DNA of 44,442 nt from Thermomicrobiales bacterium (lineage in GTDB: Bacteria; Chloroflexota; Chloroflexia; Thermomicrobiales; UBA6265), in assembly GCA_047605145.1 (NCBI GenBank), contig JASGGF010000002.1:1-44442 (forward strand). Direction: 5' to 3'. Below are positions 18,714 through 30,384 of the stretch, in pieces (the stretch's first letter is position 1; the number at the start of each line of letters is the position of its first letter). The position numbers were made by a program, and so were the translations under genes. The notes beneath the pieces were generated by a model. It was not told the origin of the DNA, made no database searches, and worked only from the letters and a program-made list of their open reading frames with translations.

Positions 18714-19469
18714 ATGAACGCCGCAGCCGTGACCTTCGATTTTCACAACACGTTGGCAGACTGCCCGGAGTGGTTCGAACTGGAAGTGCGGCATCTGCCG
18801 TCCGCGTTTCTGGTCTGGCAGGCCGCCCAGTTCGATACGCCGTTGTCCGAAACCGTGCGCATGGCCGCCGATGAGCGCTACCGCACGCTACGCCGCGAGA
18901 TCATGGAGCACGGCAACGAGCTGACGGCGGAGCAGAGCCTGCGCCTCGTGTTCGACGAGATGCAGATCGCTGCCGGCGATGACGAGATCGCCGAAGGTGT
19001 CGCCGCCCTGATGCGCGAAGCCGCCGCGCTCGCCACCCCAATCCCCGGCGCGATCGAGACTGTGCAGGCGATCCACGCCAGCGGCACGCCGCTGGGCGTC
19101 GTTTCCAGCGCGGTCTACCACCCGTTTCTGGAGTGGACGCTGGAAGAATTCGGGATCAAGCCGGCATTCACCACGATTGTCACCTCCGCCAGCGCCGGCT
19201 TCTACAAATCGCGGCCGGAGATTTACCTGCACGCAGCGGAGCTGCTCGGCGCAACGCCGGCTCGCATGGTCCACGTCGGCGACTCATTGCGCTACGACGT
19301 GGGCGGGGCCAGCCGCGCCGGCATGGGGACCGTCTGGTTGCAGGACCCGCACAAGCCCGGGGACGGCTCCGATTTCCTGCCGGACCTGACAGTGCAAACG
19401 TTGACCGGCTCATCGCCAGCCATTCTCGAACTGCTGGCCGCGCGGAACACGCAGGCGGACAACGCGTGA
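18714..19469 (+). CDS. HAD superfamily hydrolase
   Basis: Motif I VTFDFHNTL, motif II VVSSA, and a late VHVGDSLRYDVGGA (motif IV-like). ATG at 18714 has GGAG upstream. Confidence 0.8.
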   Translation: MNAAAVTFDFHNTLADCPEWFELEVRHLPSAFLVWQAAQFDTPLSETVRMAADERYRTLRREIMEHGNELTAEQSLRLVFDEMQIAAGDDEIAEGVAALMREAAALATPIPGAIETVQAIHASGTPLGVVSSAVYHPFLEWTLEEFGIKPAFTTIVTSASAGFYKSRPEIYLHAAELLGATPARMVHVGDSLRYDVGGASRAGMGTVWLQDPHKPGDGSDFLPDLTVQTLTGSSPAILELLAARNTQADNA

Positions 19470-20245
19470 GCGACGAGGCGCAGAGGAACGACGGCCCGCC
19501 GTTCCTCCGGTTTGACGTCTTCACCCTGTTCCCGGGCATCTTCCGGGGGCCGCTCGACGAGAGCATCGTGCGGCGGGCGCAGGACCGGGGCATCGTGCAG
19601 GTCGATCTGCATGACCTTCGCAACTGGACCACGGACCGGCACCGGACAGCGGACGATACGCCCTACGGGGGTGGCGCCGGCATGGTGATGACCGCGCCGC
19701 CTATCGTGACCGGAGTCGAAGAGATTCTTGGTGAAGATCTGCCAGCCACTCGTATCGTCGTGATGGCAGCCGGCGGGCGACCGTTTACGCAGGCGCTGGC
19801 GCACGAACTCTCGCAGGCTGGCCGGATTGCGCTGATTTGCGGCCGCTACGAGGGCATCGACGTTCGCGCCATCGAGGTGCTCGGCGCCGAGGAGGTTTCC
19901 ATCGGCGATTACGTGCTGACCGGCGGGGAACTGGCGGCTGCCGTCGTGATCGACGCGGTCGCGCGTCTGGCGCCGGGCGTCATCGAGGCCGCGTCCATTG
20001 CCGACGAGTCCTTTCAGGAGCCTCTGCTGGAGTATCCCCACTACACCCGGCCACGCGAGTTCCGGGGGCTTGAGGTACCAGAGGTGTTGCTCAACGGCAA
20101 CCACGCCGCCATCAATCGCTGGCGGCGCGATCAGGCGATCCGGCGCACGGCCCTGCTTCGGCCGGACCTGCTGGCGCGCGCGTCGCTGACGGCCGCTGAG
20201 GCCGCACTCGCGGCGGAGACGACAGGCAGCGCAGGTCAGGACTGA
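19466..20245 (+). CDS. trmD: tRNA (guanine37-N1)-methyltransferase
   Basis: FDVFTLFPGIF, DDTPYGGGAGMVM, LICGRYEGIDVR, SIGDYVLTGGELAA and PHYTRP are TrmD signatures. GTG start overlaps the HAD stop (GTGA). Confidence 0.93.
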   Translation: MSDEAQRNDGPPFLRFDVFTLFPGIFRGPLDESIVRRAQDRGIVQVDLHDLRNWTTDRHRTADDTPYGGGAGMVMTAPPIVTGVEEILGEDLPATRIVVMAAGGRPFTQALAHELSQAGRIALICGRYEGIDVRAIEVLGAEEVSIGDYVLTGGELAAAVVIDAVARLAPGVIEAASIADESFQEPLLEYPHYTRPREFRGLEVPEVLLNGNHAAINRWRRDQAIRRTALLRPDLLARASLTAAEAALAAETTGSAGQD

Positions 20246-21045
20246 GCGCCGCCGCCAAGTTCCCGCCAGACCCGCAGGCTGCCCAGATCACGCTCGCCCA
20301 CGTGCCGCAAGTAGTCGCCGATGATTTGCTCCAGTTCGCCGCGCAATTGTGGGCCGAGTTCCAGATTGATGACCGCGCCAAGGCCGCCGCGTGCCAGCAC
20401 ACGCAGGTACTTCTGCGCATCGACCGACGCCACGCGCATGCGCGCGCCGCGCGGGGCGCAGAGGTCGCACAGAAAGCCGCCCAGTTCCGGCATGAACGGG
20501 TGTGGACCTTGCGTGAGCGGTTGCCGGCATTCGACACACTGGAACAACTCGGGCCGGAAGCCAAGCTCCGCGAGGAGCACCAGTTCGTAGTGTCGGGTGG
20601 CGTGAAACGGGTCTACGCCTTCGGCCAGCAGCTGCAGCGAACCCGCCAGTAGCTCGAACACCGCAGCGTTTTCCTGCCGGTCCTGCGTCAGGCGGGCCAG
20701 CACCTCGACCATGTGCGACGCGTGACCATACGCATCGAGGTCTGCGCGCAGTGGCAGAAACGCCTCCACCGTCTCGGCGCCAGTCACGACATCCAGCTCG
20801 CGACCCCGCGCCATCATCAGGCGGGAGCGGCAGAAGTACTCGAGGTGCGGCCCCAGCCGGCTCAATGGACGGCGGGCGCCCTTCGCAACCACGCGCAATT
20901 TGCCATGCTGCCGGGAAAACACGGTCAGCAGGCGATCCGCCTCGCCAAAATCTGACCGCGCCAACACGATGACCTCGCATCGATACAGGCGTTTCGCGTC
21001 ACGTTCCGATGTCCCGGCTGGCGCTACGTCACTCACTGCGGCCAC
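20236..21045 (-). CDS. recO: DNA repair protein RecO
   Basis: The N-terminal OB-fold block VIVLARSDFGEADRLLTVFSRQHGKLRVVAKGARR and the zinc motif CVECRQP...LCDLC are present. The 3' end overlaps trmD by 10 nt. Confidence 0.88.
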   Translation of the reverse strand: MAAVSDVAPAGTSERDAKRLYRCEVIVLARSDFGEADRLLTVFSRQHGKLRVVAKGARRPLSRLGPHLEYFCRSRLMMARGRELDVVTGAETVEAFLPLRADLDAYGHASHMVEVLARLTQDRQENAAVFELLAGSLQLLAEGVDPFHATRHYELVLLAELGFRPELFQCVECRQPLTQGPHPFMPELGGFLCDLCAPRGARMRVASVDAQKYLRVLARGGLGAVINLELGPQLRGELEQIIGDYLRHVGERDLGSLRVWRELGGGAQS

Positions 21046-21096
21046 TCGCAGATTGAGAACCGAAAGCCAACGCGTATGCGCCGGGCGTTTCAGAAA

Positions 21097-21125
21097 TTGA
21101 AGCGTGCCCGGCAGAATGGTACGGT
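21097..21125 (+). promoter_or_regulatory. candidate promoter of ccdA operon (TTGAAG-17 nt-TACGGT) positioned for a leaderless transcript
   Basis: TTGAAG at 21097..21102, 17-nt spacer, TACGGT at 21120..21125. The ccdA ATG at 21132 lies 6 nt after the -10, with no SD. Confidence 0.35.
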
Positions 21126-21131
21126 TGCCGT

Positions 21132-21881
21132 ATGGGTGTTGAGGTCTCGTTCATTGCTGCGTTCCTGGCTGGCGTTCTGTCAGTGTCATCGCCGTGCGTG
21201 CTGCCGCTGCTGCCCATTTTCCTTTCGAATCTGGCCGGAGCGTCGGTTAATGGCGACGCCGGGATTGACCGGCGCCGGGTTCTGCCGAATGCGGTCGCCT
21301 ACTGCCTCGGCTTCTCCGTCGTCTTCGTTGCGCTCGGGGTCGCGCTCGGCGCGGCCGGCAGCTTCGCCTCTACTGCAGCCATCGTCGCCGAGAACCGGGG
21401 CTGGTTGGTGCGCATCGGCGGCCTCGTGCTCATCGTGCTCGGCCTGCACCAACTCGGTATCGTGCAAGTGCCCGGCCTGAGCCGGGACCGCCGGCTGCTG
21501 CCCCGGCACGCGCCATCCGGCCACGTTGCGTCATCGTTCCTGATTGGCGTGACGTTTGCGGCCGGGTGGTCTCCCTGCGTCGGCCCGATTCTCGGCGCCA
21601 TCCTCACGATGGCGGCCGGACAGGGCAGCATCGAGCAGGCAGCGCTCCTGTTGGCAGTATATTCCGCCGGTTTGTCGATTCCATTTCTGGCTGCGGCCGT
21701 CGCCATCGGCTCGGCGCCCGGCATCGTCCGCCGGTTGAACGCGCGGCTGCCGGTCCTGACCGGCGTGAGCGGCGGCGTCATGGTCGCCATGGGGGCCATC
21801 ATGGTCCTCGGGGTGTACCAGCAGCTCTTCGCCCGCATCGTGGCCATGGCGCCCTGGATTCCCTGGGAGCCGACGCTGTGA
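21132..21881 (+). CDS. ccdA: cytochrome c biogenesis thiol-disulfide transporter CcdA (DsbD family)
   Basis: A polytopic membrane protein with the two conserved SPC motifs (LSVSSPCVLPLLP and AAGWSPCVGPILG). Confidence 0.9.
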   Translation: MGVEVSFIAAFLAGVLSVSSPCVLPLLPIFLSNLAGASVNGDAGIDRRRVLPNAVAYCLGFSVVFVALGVALGAAGSFASTAAIVAENRGWLVRIGGLVLIVLGLHQLGIVQVPGLSRDRRLLPRHAPSGHVASSFLIGVTFAAGWSPCVGPILGAILTMAAGQGSIEQAALLLAVYSAGLSIPFLAAAVAIGSAPGIVRRLNARLPVLTGVSGGVMVAMGAIMVLGVYQQLFARIVAMAPWIPWEPTL

Positions 21882-21899
21882 TGCTGAACGTGGCGCCCC

Positions 21900-23348
21900 A
21901 TGTCTGAGGCAACGCTTTCCCGGCCCCAGCCCGCCCGGCGCAGCCTGCCCGAGATCGCTGTAGACCGGGTCTGGCGGTTCTTCTGCTCAGTCCGGGCGGC
22001 CATTGTCGAGATCACCATTCTGGCGCTGCTAGTGCTTATTGGCACCCTGCGCGGCAGTTCGGTGCCCCGGAGCTTGGCAGACGCCATCCCCGCCACGACT
22101 CCGCTTGTTGACGCCTGGTACGCCTGGGATGTGTTCCGGTCGCTGCCATTCGCGGCAATCCTGACACTACTGGCCGTCGCCATCTCCATCTGCACCATCA
22201 ACCGCGCGCCCGGCATTTGGCAAGCTATTGCCCATCCCACGATCACCACGACCCACGGGTTCATTCGCAATGCTGAGACGTCCGCAACGTATGAGTCCGC
22301 CCTCCCTCCAGCGGAGTTCGTCGCTGAGATTGGCGACGTCCTGAAGACGAGCCACTATCGGGTGCTCACCGCCGAGCACAACGGCGAAATTCACCTCTAC
22401 GCCGACCGCTGGCGTATGTCCCGGCTCGCCACGTTTCCCTTCCACCTGGCGCTCATCATGATCCTCTTCGGCGGGATCGTGGGCGCCGCGTGGGGCTTCC
22501 GCGAAAACGAGCTGATCATTCCGGAAGGCTCAGTGCGGGAGCTCGGTCACGGCACGGGCCTGAGTGTGCGCCTGAACGATTTCTCCGAGGTGTACAGGGA
22601 AGATGGCTCGCCGTCCATCTACCGCAGCGACATCTCGGTGCTGCGTGGCGGCGACGATGTGGCCGATGGCGAGATGACGGTCAACAATCCGTTCACGCTT
22701 GGGGATATCGTCTTCTACCAGTCCGGCTTCGGACAGGCGGTGCAGCTGAAGATCGTCGATGGCAAGGGCAACGTGGTGTTGGACGACTCGGTCCCGCTCG
22801 GCCCATTCCAGTCGAAGCTGAACCCGGATGCGCCGGCAGGCCGCCTCGACCTGCCGCAGGCAGGCATCGCGCTGAGCGCCGTTGGCCCAGACATCAACCC
22901 CGCGAACGCGCCCGAAATGGATACCCTCAACTTGCGTCCGGGCGAGATGTTCTTCATGATCCGGCCCCTCGGACCGAACAGCACCCTGACCCAGCCGGTC
23001 CCGGTCACCATCGCGCAAGGCGATTCCGCCAAACTGGGCGAATTCACGCTCACGTTCGAACGCGAGCGCCGCTTCTCCGTCCTGCAGGTCGCGCGGAACC
23101 CGGGTATTCCCATCTTTTTCGTCGCCTCCATTTTGCTGATTGGCGGATCGATGGTGACGTTCTACTTTCCCCACCGCCGGCTTCGCGGCATCATTCACGC
23201 CACGCCGCAGGGAAGCGTGGCGCGGCTGGCTCCCATGGCCCGCCGCGATTGGAGCGCGCAGCGCGTTTTCGAGCAGCTCGTCACCCGGATCAATGGAGTC
23301 ACAGGTCTGTCGCCGGTCATGACACGTCGCGAGGCGCCGACGGCCTAA
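21900..23348 (+). CDS. resB: System II cytochrome c biogenesis protein ResB/Ccs1
   Basis: It has N-terminal TM helices, a large extracytoplasmic domain and a C-terminal TM (GIPIFFVASILLIGGSMVTFYF). It sits between ccdA and ccsB as in the resABC/ccs1-ccsA arrangement. Confidence 0.85.
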   Translation: MSEATLSRPQPARRSLPEIAVDRVWRFFCSVRAAIVEITILALLVLIGTLRGSSVPRSLADAIPATTPLVDAWYAWDVFRSLPFAAILTLLAVAISICTINRAPGIWQAIAHPTITTTHGFIRNAETSATYESALPPAEFVAEIGDVLKTSHYRVLTAEHNGEIHLYADRWRMSRLATFPFHLALIMILFGGIVGAAWGFRENELIIPEGSVRELGHGTGLSVRLNDFSEVYREDGSPSIYRSDISVLRGGDDVADGEMTVNNPFTLGDIVFYQSGFGQAVQLKIVDGKGNVVLDDSVPLGPFQSKLNPDAPAGRLDLPQAGIALSAVGPDINPANAPEMDTLNLRPGEMFFMIRPLGPNSTLTQPVPVTIAQGDSAKLGEFTLTFERERRFSVLQVARNPGIPIFFVASILLIGGSMVTFYFPHRRLRGIIHATPQGSVARLAPMARRDWSAQRVFEQLVTRINGVTGLSPVMTRREAPTA

Positions 23349-23384
23349 GCCGTCAGCACGCCCGCGCAGGCAGGGAATCACCGC

Positions 23385-24287
23385 ATGGAATCACTCGTCC
23401 GCCTCTCCTTTTACTGCTTCGCCGCCGGGAGCTTCGCGTTCGCGGCATCAGCGCTGTGCTACATCGCCTACGCCATCGGACGCGTGCGGCTCCGGCGCAC
23501 CACGTTGGCGACCCCAGGCGGCCCGACGCTGACCGCGACCGGCGCCACGCTGGAGCCGCCTTCGCTCGGAGTCGGCAACGTGGCGACCCTGTTGGCCTGG
23601 TTCGGTGTCGTGTTCCAGGGGCTTTCCATTCTGCTGCGCACCATTGCCGCCGGCCGCGTGCCGCTCTCGAACATGTACGAGTTCTCCAGCACCTTTATCT
23701 TTCTGGCCGGACTGGTTTATCTCTTGTTCGAGCGCTGGTACGGGGTGCGCCAGCTCGGAGCCATTGTCCTGCCGCTGATCGTAGGTATGGCCGCGTACGT
23801 CTGGTACCTGCCGACCGGTCTGCGCGAGGTCGATGACCTGATCCCGGCGCTGCAAAACAAGCCGCTGATGACCGCGCACGTCTCGCTGGCGATTCTGGCC
23901 TACGCCACCTTTGCAGTGGCGTTCGCGGCCGCTGTGCTGTACCTCATCGCCGAGCGGTGGCACGTCTCGTGGCTGCCCAGCCCCGATCTTCTGGATGACC
24001 TCGGCTTCCGCGCCGTCACGGTCGGGTTCCCCTGCATGTCGCTCGTGCTGGTGCTGGGCTCCGTCTGGGCGTACCGCGCCTGGGGCACCTACTGGCAGTG
24101 GGACCCGAAGGAAACAGCGGCGCTGTTCACGTGGCTGGTGTACGCCGTCTATCTGCACACCCGCACGCTTCGCGGCTGGCGCGGGCGGCGGAGCGCGTGG
24201 ATTCTGGTGGGGGCATTCGGCGCGGTGATCTTCACGTACTTCGGCAACTACATCTTCGGGGGTCTGCACGCCTATGGCGGCGTCTGA
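23385..24287 (+). CDS. ccsB: System II cytochrome c biogenesis protein CcsB/ResC (CcsA family heme handler)
   Basis: The tryptophan-rich WWD-type motif WAYRAWGTYWQWDPKETAALFTWLVY is present, together with conserved His residues in flanking TM segments. Confidence 0.9.
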   Translation: MESLVRLSFYCFAAGSFAFAASALCYIAYAIGRVRLRRTTLATPGGPTLTATGATLEPPSLGVGNVATLLAWFGVVFQGLSILLRTIAAGRVPLSNMYEFSSTFIFLAGLVYLLFERWYGVRQLGAIVLPLIVGMAAYVWYLPTGLREVDDLIPALQNKPLMTAHVSLAILAYATFAVAFAAAVLYLIAERWHVSWLPSPDLLDDLGFRAVTVGFPCMSLVLVLGSVWAYRAWGTYWQWDPKETAALFTWLVYAVYLHTRTLRGWRGRRSAWILVGAFGAVIFTYFGNYIFGGLHAYGGV

Positions 24288-24918
24288 TCACGCGGTCCTG
24301 CCTGGCGAACCCTTGGCTGGTCCGGCGCTCACCCCGGCGCCGCAGGCGAACCGGCGGGTGCAGCTGATCGTGGCTGGCGTGGTGGCTGGCATCATCGTGC
24401 TCGCGGCGCTTGCTGTCGGCGCGTCGTCGGGCTGGGACACGATTGGTCGTGGTGGAATCAACCGCACGCTGCTGCCCAAGGTCGGCGAGCCCGCGCCGGA
24501 TTTCACCACCGAAGACGTCTTCGGCAACCCGGTCTCCTTGTCCCAGTTCAAGGGCCAGCCGGTCTGGCTGATGTTCTGGGGCTCGTGGTGCCCGCCCTGC
24601 CGCGCGGAGTTCCCGGATATTCAAGCCGCGTACTCGCAACTCGAGCCCAAAGGCTTGCGGATGCTGGGCGTGAGCCTGCGCGAGTCCCCCATCGACGCCG
24701 CCGCCTACGCCGGGCGCAACGGCGCCACATTTCTGGTGCTGAGCGATCCTGACGAACGAGACACCGGCGCCGCATACCCCGTCCTGAACTTCCCAACGCA
24801 CATCTTCATCGACCGCGATGGCATCGTCCGCTCCGTGGTGCTGGAAGACATGGACACCGAGCAGGCGATTGCCGAGGCAAGCCGCGTCCTCGGGGATCCG
24901 GGCCAGCCCGCCTCCTGA
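24274..24918 (+). CDS. resA: membrane-anchored thioredoxin-like thiol-disulfide oxidoreductase (ResA/TlpA family)
   Basis: N-terminal TM anchor VQLIVAGVVAGIIVLAALAV, then the redoxin core VWLMFWGSWCPPCRAEFP (CxxC). It overlaps the ccsB end by 14 nt. Confidence 0.85.
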   Translation: MAASDHAVLPGEPLAGPALTPAPQANRRVQLIVAGVVAGIIVLAALAVGASSGWDTIGRGGINRTLLPKVGEPAPDFTTEDVFGNPVSLSQFKGQPVWLMFWGSWCPPCRAEFPDIQAAYSQLEPKGLRMLGVSLRESPIDAAAYAGRNGATFLVLSDPDERDTGAAYPVLNFPTHIFIDRDGIVRSVVLEDMDTEQAIAEASRVLGDPGQPAS

Positions 24919-24936
24919 CCGGAAGCGCGCGAAGCC

Positions 24937-24980
24937 GAAAAAGAGCGGGGGACGGCTCAATGTGAGCCACCCCCCGTTTT
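24937..24980. terminator. bidirectional intrinsic terminator between resA and the cysteine-rich gene
   Basis: AAAAAG is followed by a long GC stem (CGGGGG..GGCTCA-ATG-TGAGCC..CCCCCG with a 2x2 internal loop) and then TTTT. A U-tract therefore follows the stem on both strands. Confidence 0.7.
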
Positions 24981-25006
24981 ACTCGCTGCTGGACGCGGTG
25001 GGTTTC

Positions 25007-25756
25007 CTAATCCATACAGAAGAGCGCGATGCACGCGCCATCGGGCGGCGTGCAGATGCCGCAACTCTCATTGCAGCACACCTGACCGGCTGGGCAGACC
25101 GTCCGGCCGCAGGGCACGCCAGCCGGCTCATCGCCGCAGAATTGCTCGGTGCAGAAGCCGCCGATTGGCGCGCAGATCCCGCAGCTCTCGTTGCAGCAAT
25201 ACTCATCCGGACCGCACGTAACGCCGCCGCACGCTTCGCCTTCGACATCGCGCCCACCGGGCCGGCGACCGCCGCAGAACTCGCGCGTGCACCCCTGCCC
25301 CAGCGGAATGCAGCGGCTGCAACTCTCGTTGCAGCAGTATTCTCCCGGCCCGCAAATGGCCTCGTTGCACTGCTCCGTCACGCACAGATCGTCCGAGCAT
25401 GGGACATCCGCCGGAACGCACAGACCGCCACAATTCGGGCAGCAGGTTGTCCCCTCCATACACAGCATGGCCGCGCACGGGTTCTGGTCGCCGGCAACGC
25501 AGACCCCGGCGCAATCGGCGCCGCCGGCGGCAGGATCACACCCATCCCCCTGCACATCGATGCACGACAGTCCCGGCTGGCACTGGAAGCCGGCGACGCC
25601 TCCGCACATTTCTCCCACGCTGCGCTGTTGAGCCATCGTCGAGCGGCCACCCAAAAGGGCTGCGCCAGCAGCGGCCAGCGCTGCCGCCAGCACCCTCCGC
25701 CGCGAAGGCTCCTTGCCGGCTACTCGCGCCAAGCGGTCAAAAGTCGAGCTGTCCAC
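25007..25756 (-). CDS. twin-arginine-signal secreted cysteine-rich repeat protein (249 aa, 38 Cys), function unknown
   Basis: GTG start has AAGGGGGA 5 nt upstream. Tat-like signal SRRRVLAAALAAAGAALLGG...TMA-QQ. The mature part is a 6-Cys N-module plus four 8-Cys modules. The Cys spacing is strictly periodic in this frame only. Confidence 0.7.
   Translation of the reverse strand: MDSSTFDRLARVAGKEPSRRRVLAAALAAAGAALLGGRSTMAQQRSVGEMCGGVAGFQCQPGLSCIDVQGDGCDPAAGGADCAGVCVAGDQNPCAAMLCMEGTTCCPNCGGLCVPADVPCSDDLCVTEQCNEAICGPGEYCCNESCSRCIPLGQGCTREFCGGRRPGGRDVEGEACGGVTCGPDEYCCNESCGICAPIGGFCTEQFCGDEPAGVPCGRTVCPAGQVCCNESCGICTPPDGACIALFCMD
25016..25477 (-). repeat. intragenic tandem array of four ~32-codon cysteine modules
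   Basis: Protein modules start at residues C94, C130, C176 and C216. The last three follow C-x4-C-x5-CC-x3-C-x2-C-x6-C-x4-C and share YCCNESC(G/S)(I/R)C. Recurrent DNA (GCAGAT(G/C)CCGCA(A/G)CTCTC(A/G)TTGCAGCA) is visible on the plus strand. Confidence 0.8.
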
Positions 25757-25897
25757 CGGTGTCCCCCTTGCGTTGCATCCCCAAAGACGTTGGCTGTATC
25801 ACGTTCATAACGAGGAGCGCGGGCCTCTGGTTACACCACGCGGCCTCCCTGCATCTCGCCCTGCCAGTCGCAACACCCATCGACACGCTGGCACACG

Positions 25898-25906
25898 TGC
25901 TATAGT
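25898..25906 (+). promoter_or_regulatory. candidate extended -10 promoter (TGcTATAGT) for yvcK-gap-pgk
   Basis: TGCTATAGT at 25898..25906 gives a leader of about 75 nt to the GTG at 25982. The leader contains a perfect 7-bp hairpin CTGTCCG-GGTTGG-CGGACAG (25914..25933). Confidence 0.35.
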
Positions 25907-25981
25907 GCGCGCGCTGTCCGGGTTGGCGGACAGGCCCCCGATCCTTGCATCGATCCCCGTGGGGCGCATCTCTGCGCGAGG

Positions 25982-28409
<2,428 letters not shown>

Positions 28410-28445
28410 TCACGCCTCATCCACCCCGGAACCAGGAGCCCCTTC

Positions 28446-29624
<1,179 letters not shown>

Positions 29625-29716
29625 AGGTCCGTTGGCGCTCAATACAGTGTTACGCTTAGCAGACGGTCTTCTCCCCGTTCCCGGGATTCACTGGCTCAGA
29701 AGGGTTGATCCTACCG

Positions 29717-29938
29717 ATGCACTTCGCGCTGAACATCGTCATGATCATTGTCTCCGTGGTGCTGATGGCGCTGATCCTCTTGCAAACCAAGGGCTCGTCG
29801 TTCAGCAGCGCGTTCGGCTCAGACGCCGGTTCCATCAACCGCACCCGCCGGGGCGTCGAGAAAACGCTCTTTCAGTTGACCATCGTGGTGGCAGTTGTGT
29901 ACGTCGCGTTGGCGATCGCCAGCACGCTTGTGGCCTGA
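29717..29938 (+). CDS. secG: preprotein translocase subunit SecG
   Basis: The protein is 73 aa. It has two TM helices flanking LLQTKGSSFSSAFG (the SecG LLQxGKG-type motif). The ATG at 29717 is preferred over the upstream TTG at 29705. Confidence 0.8.
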   Translation: MHFALNIVMIIVSVVLMALILLQTKGSSFSSAFGSDAGSINRTRRGVEKTLFQLTIVVAVVYVALAIASTLVA

Positions 29939-29955
29939 CGCCCCCCGGGTTTTGG

Positions 29956-29984
29956 TTGTGGCAGGGGCATCGCAGTCTTATACT
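29956..29984 (+). promoter_or_regulatory. candidate promoter of tatA (TTGTGG-17 nt-TATACT)
   Basis: TTGTGG at 29956..29961, 17-nt spacer, TATACT at 29979..29984. A leader of about 55 nt ends in AGGAGG before the tatA ATG. Confidence 0.35.
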
Positions 29985-30044
29985 TGCCGCCGCACAACCT
30001 GAACTCGCATTTCCAGTTTGGGCAATTTCGCAGGAGGTACCTTC

Positions 30045-30275
30045 ATGTTGGGCCTGGGTTGGCAAGAACTCGTTATTGTGCTCGTCATCATCATGATCAT
30101 CTTCGGGGCCGGCAAGCTGCCTGACGTCGTCAAGGGCCTCGGCCAGGGCGTCAAGGAGTTCAAGGCCGAAGCAAATGCCCCGTCTGACAGCCTCGCTGCG
30201 TCGGCGCCGGGCGCCACCTACGATCCGCTGGCTCCGGCCGCGGACCGCACCAGGGTTCGCGCGGACGAGATCTAG
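30045..30275 (+). CDS. tatA: twin-arginine translocase subunit TatA/E
   Basis: MLGLGWQELVIVLVIIMIIFGAGKLPDVVKGLGQGVKEFK is the canonical TatA TM, FGxxKLP hinge and amphipathic helix. AGGAGG lies 7 nt upstream. Confidence 0.88.
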   Translation: MLGLGWQELVIVLVIIMIIFGAGKLPDVVKGLGQGVKEFKAEANAPSDSLAASAPGATYDPLAPAADRTRVRADEI

Positions 30276-30313
30276 TCATCTTCCGGCACACGATGTCCAA
30301 CGATTTCGCAGAT

Positions 30314-30337
30314 GAGCGGGGCCTCTTCGCCCCGCTC
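30314..30337 (+). terminator. candidate terminator after tatA
   Basis: Perfect 9-bp stem GAGCGGGGC / GCCCCGCTC with loop CTCTTC, followed by the partly U-rich GTCGTGTTG. Confidence 0.45.
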
Positions 30338-30384
30338 GTCGTGTTGCCAGCCGCCTGCGCTGCTCGCAATGACAAGGCAAGTAC

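Noticed and set aside
25007-25756. Possibility that the cysteine-rich protein is a multihaem cytochrome c, given the adjacent System II maturation genes
   Set aside because: The mature sequence contains no His and therefore no CxxCH haem-attachment motif.
24818-25810. 330-aa plus-strand ORF overlapping the cysteine-rich gene
   Set aside because: Its translation is Ala/Arg/Pro-rich with no signal or motif. The minus-strand frame has an SD, a Tat signal and strictly periodic Cys spacing, and the bidirectional terminator at 24937..24980 fits the minus-strand gene end.
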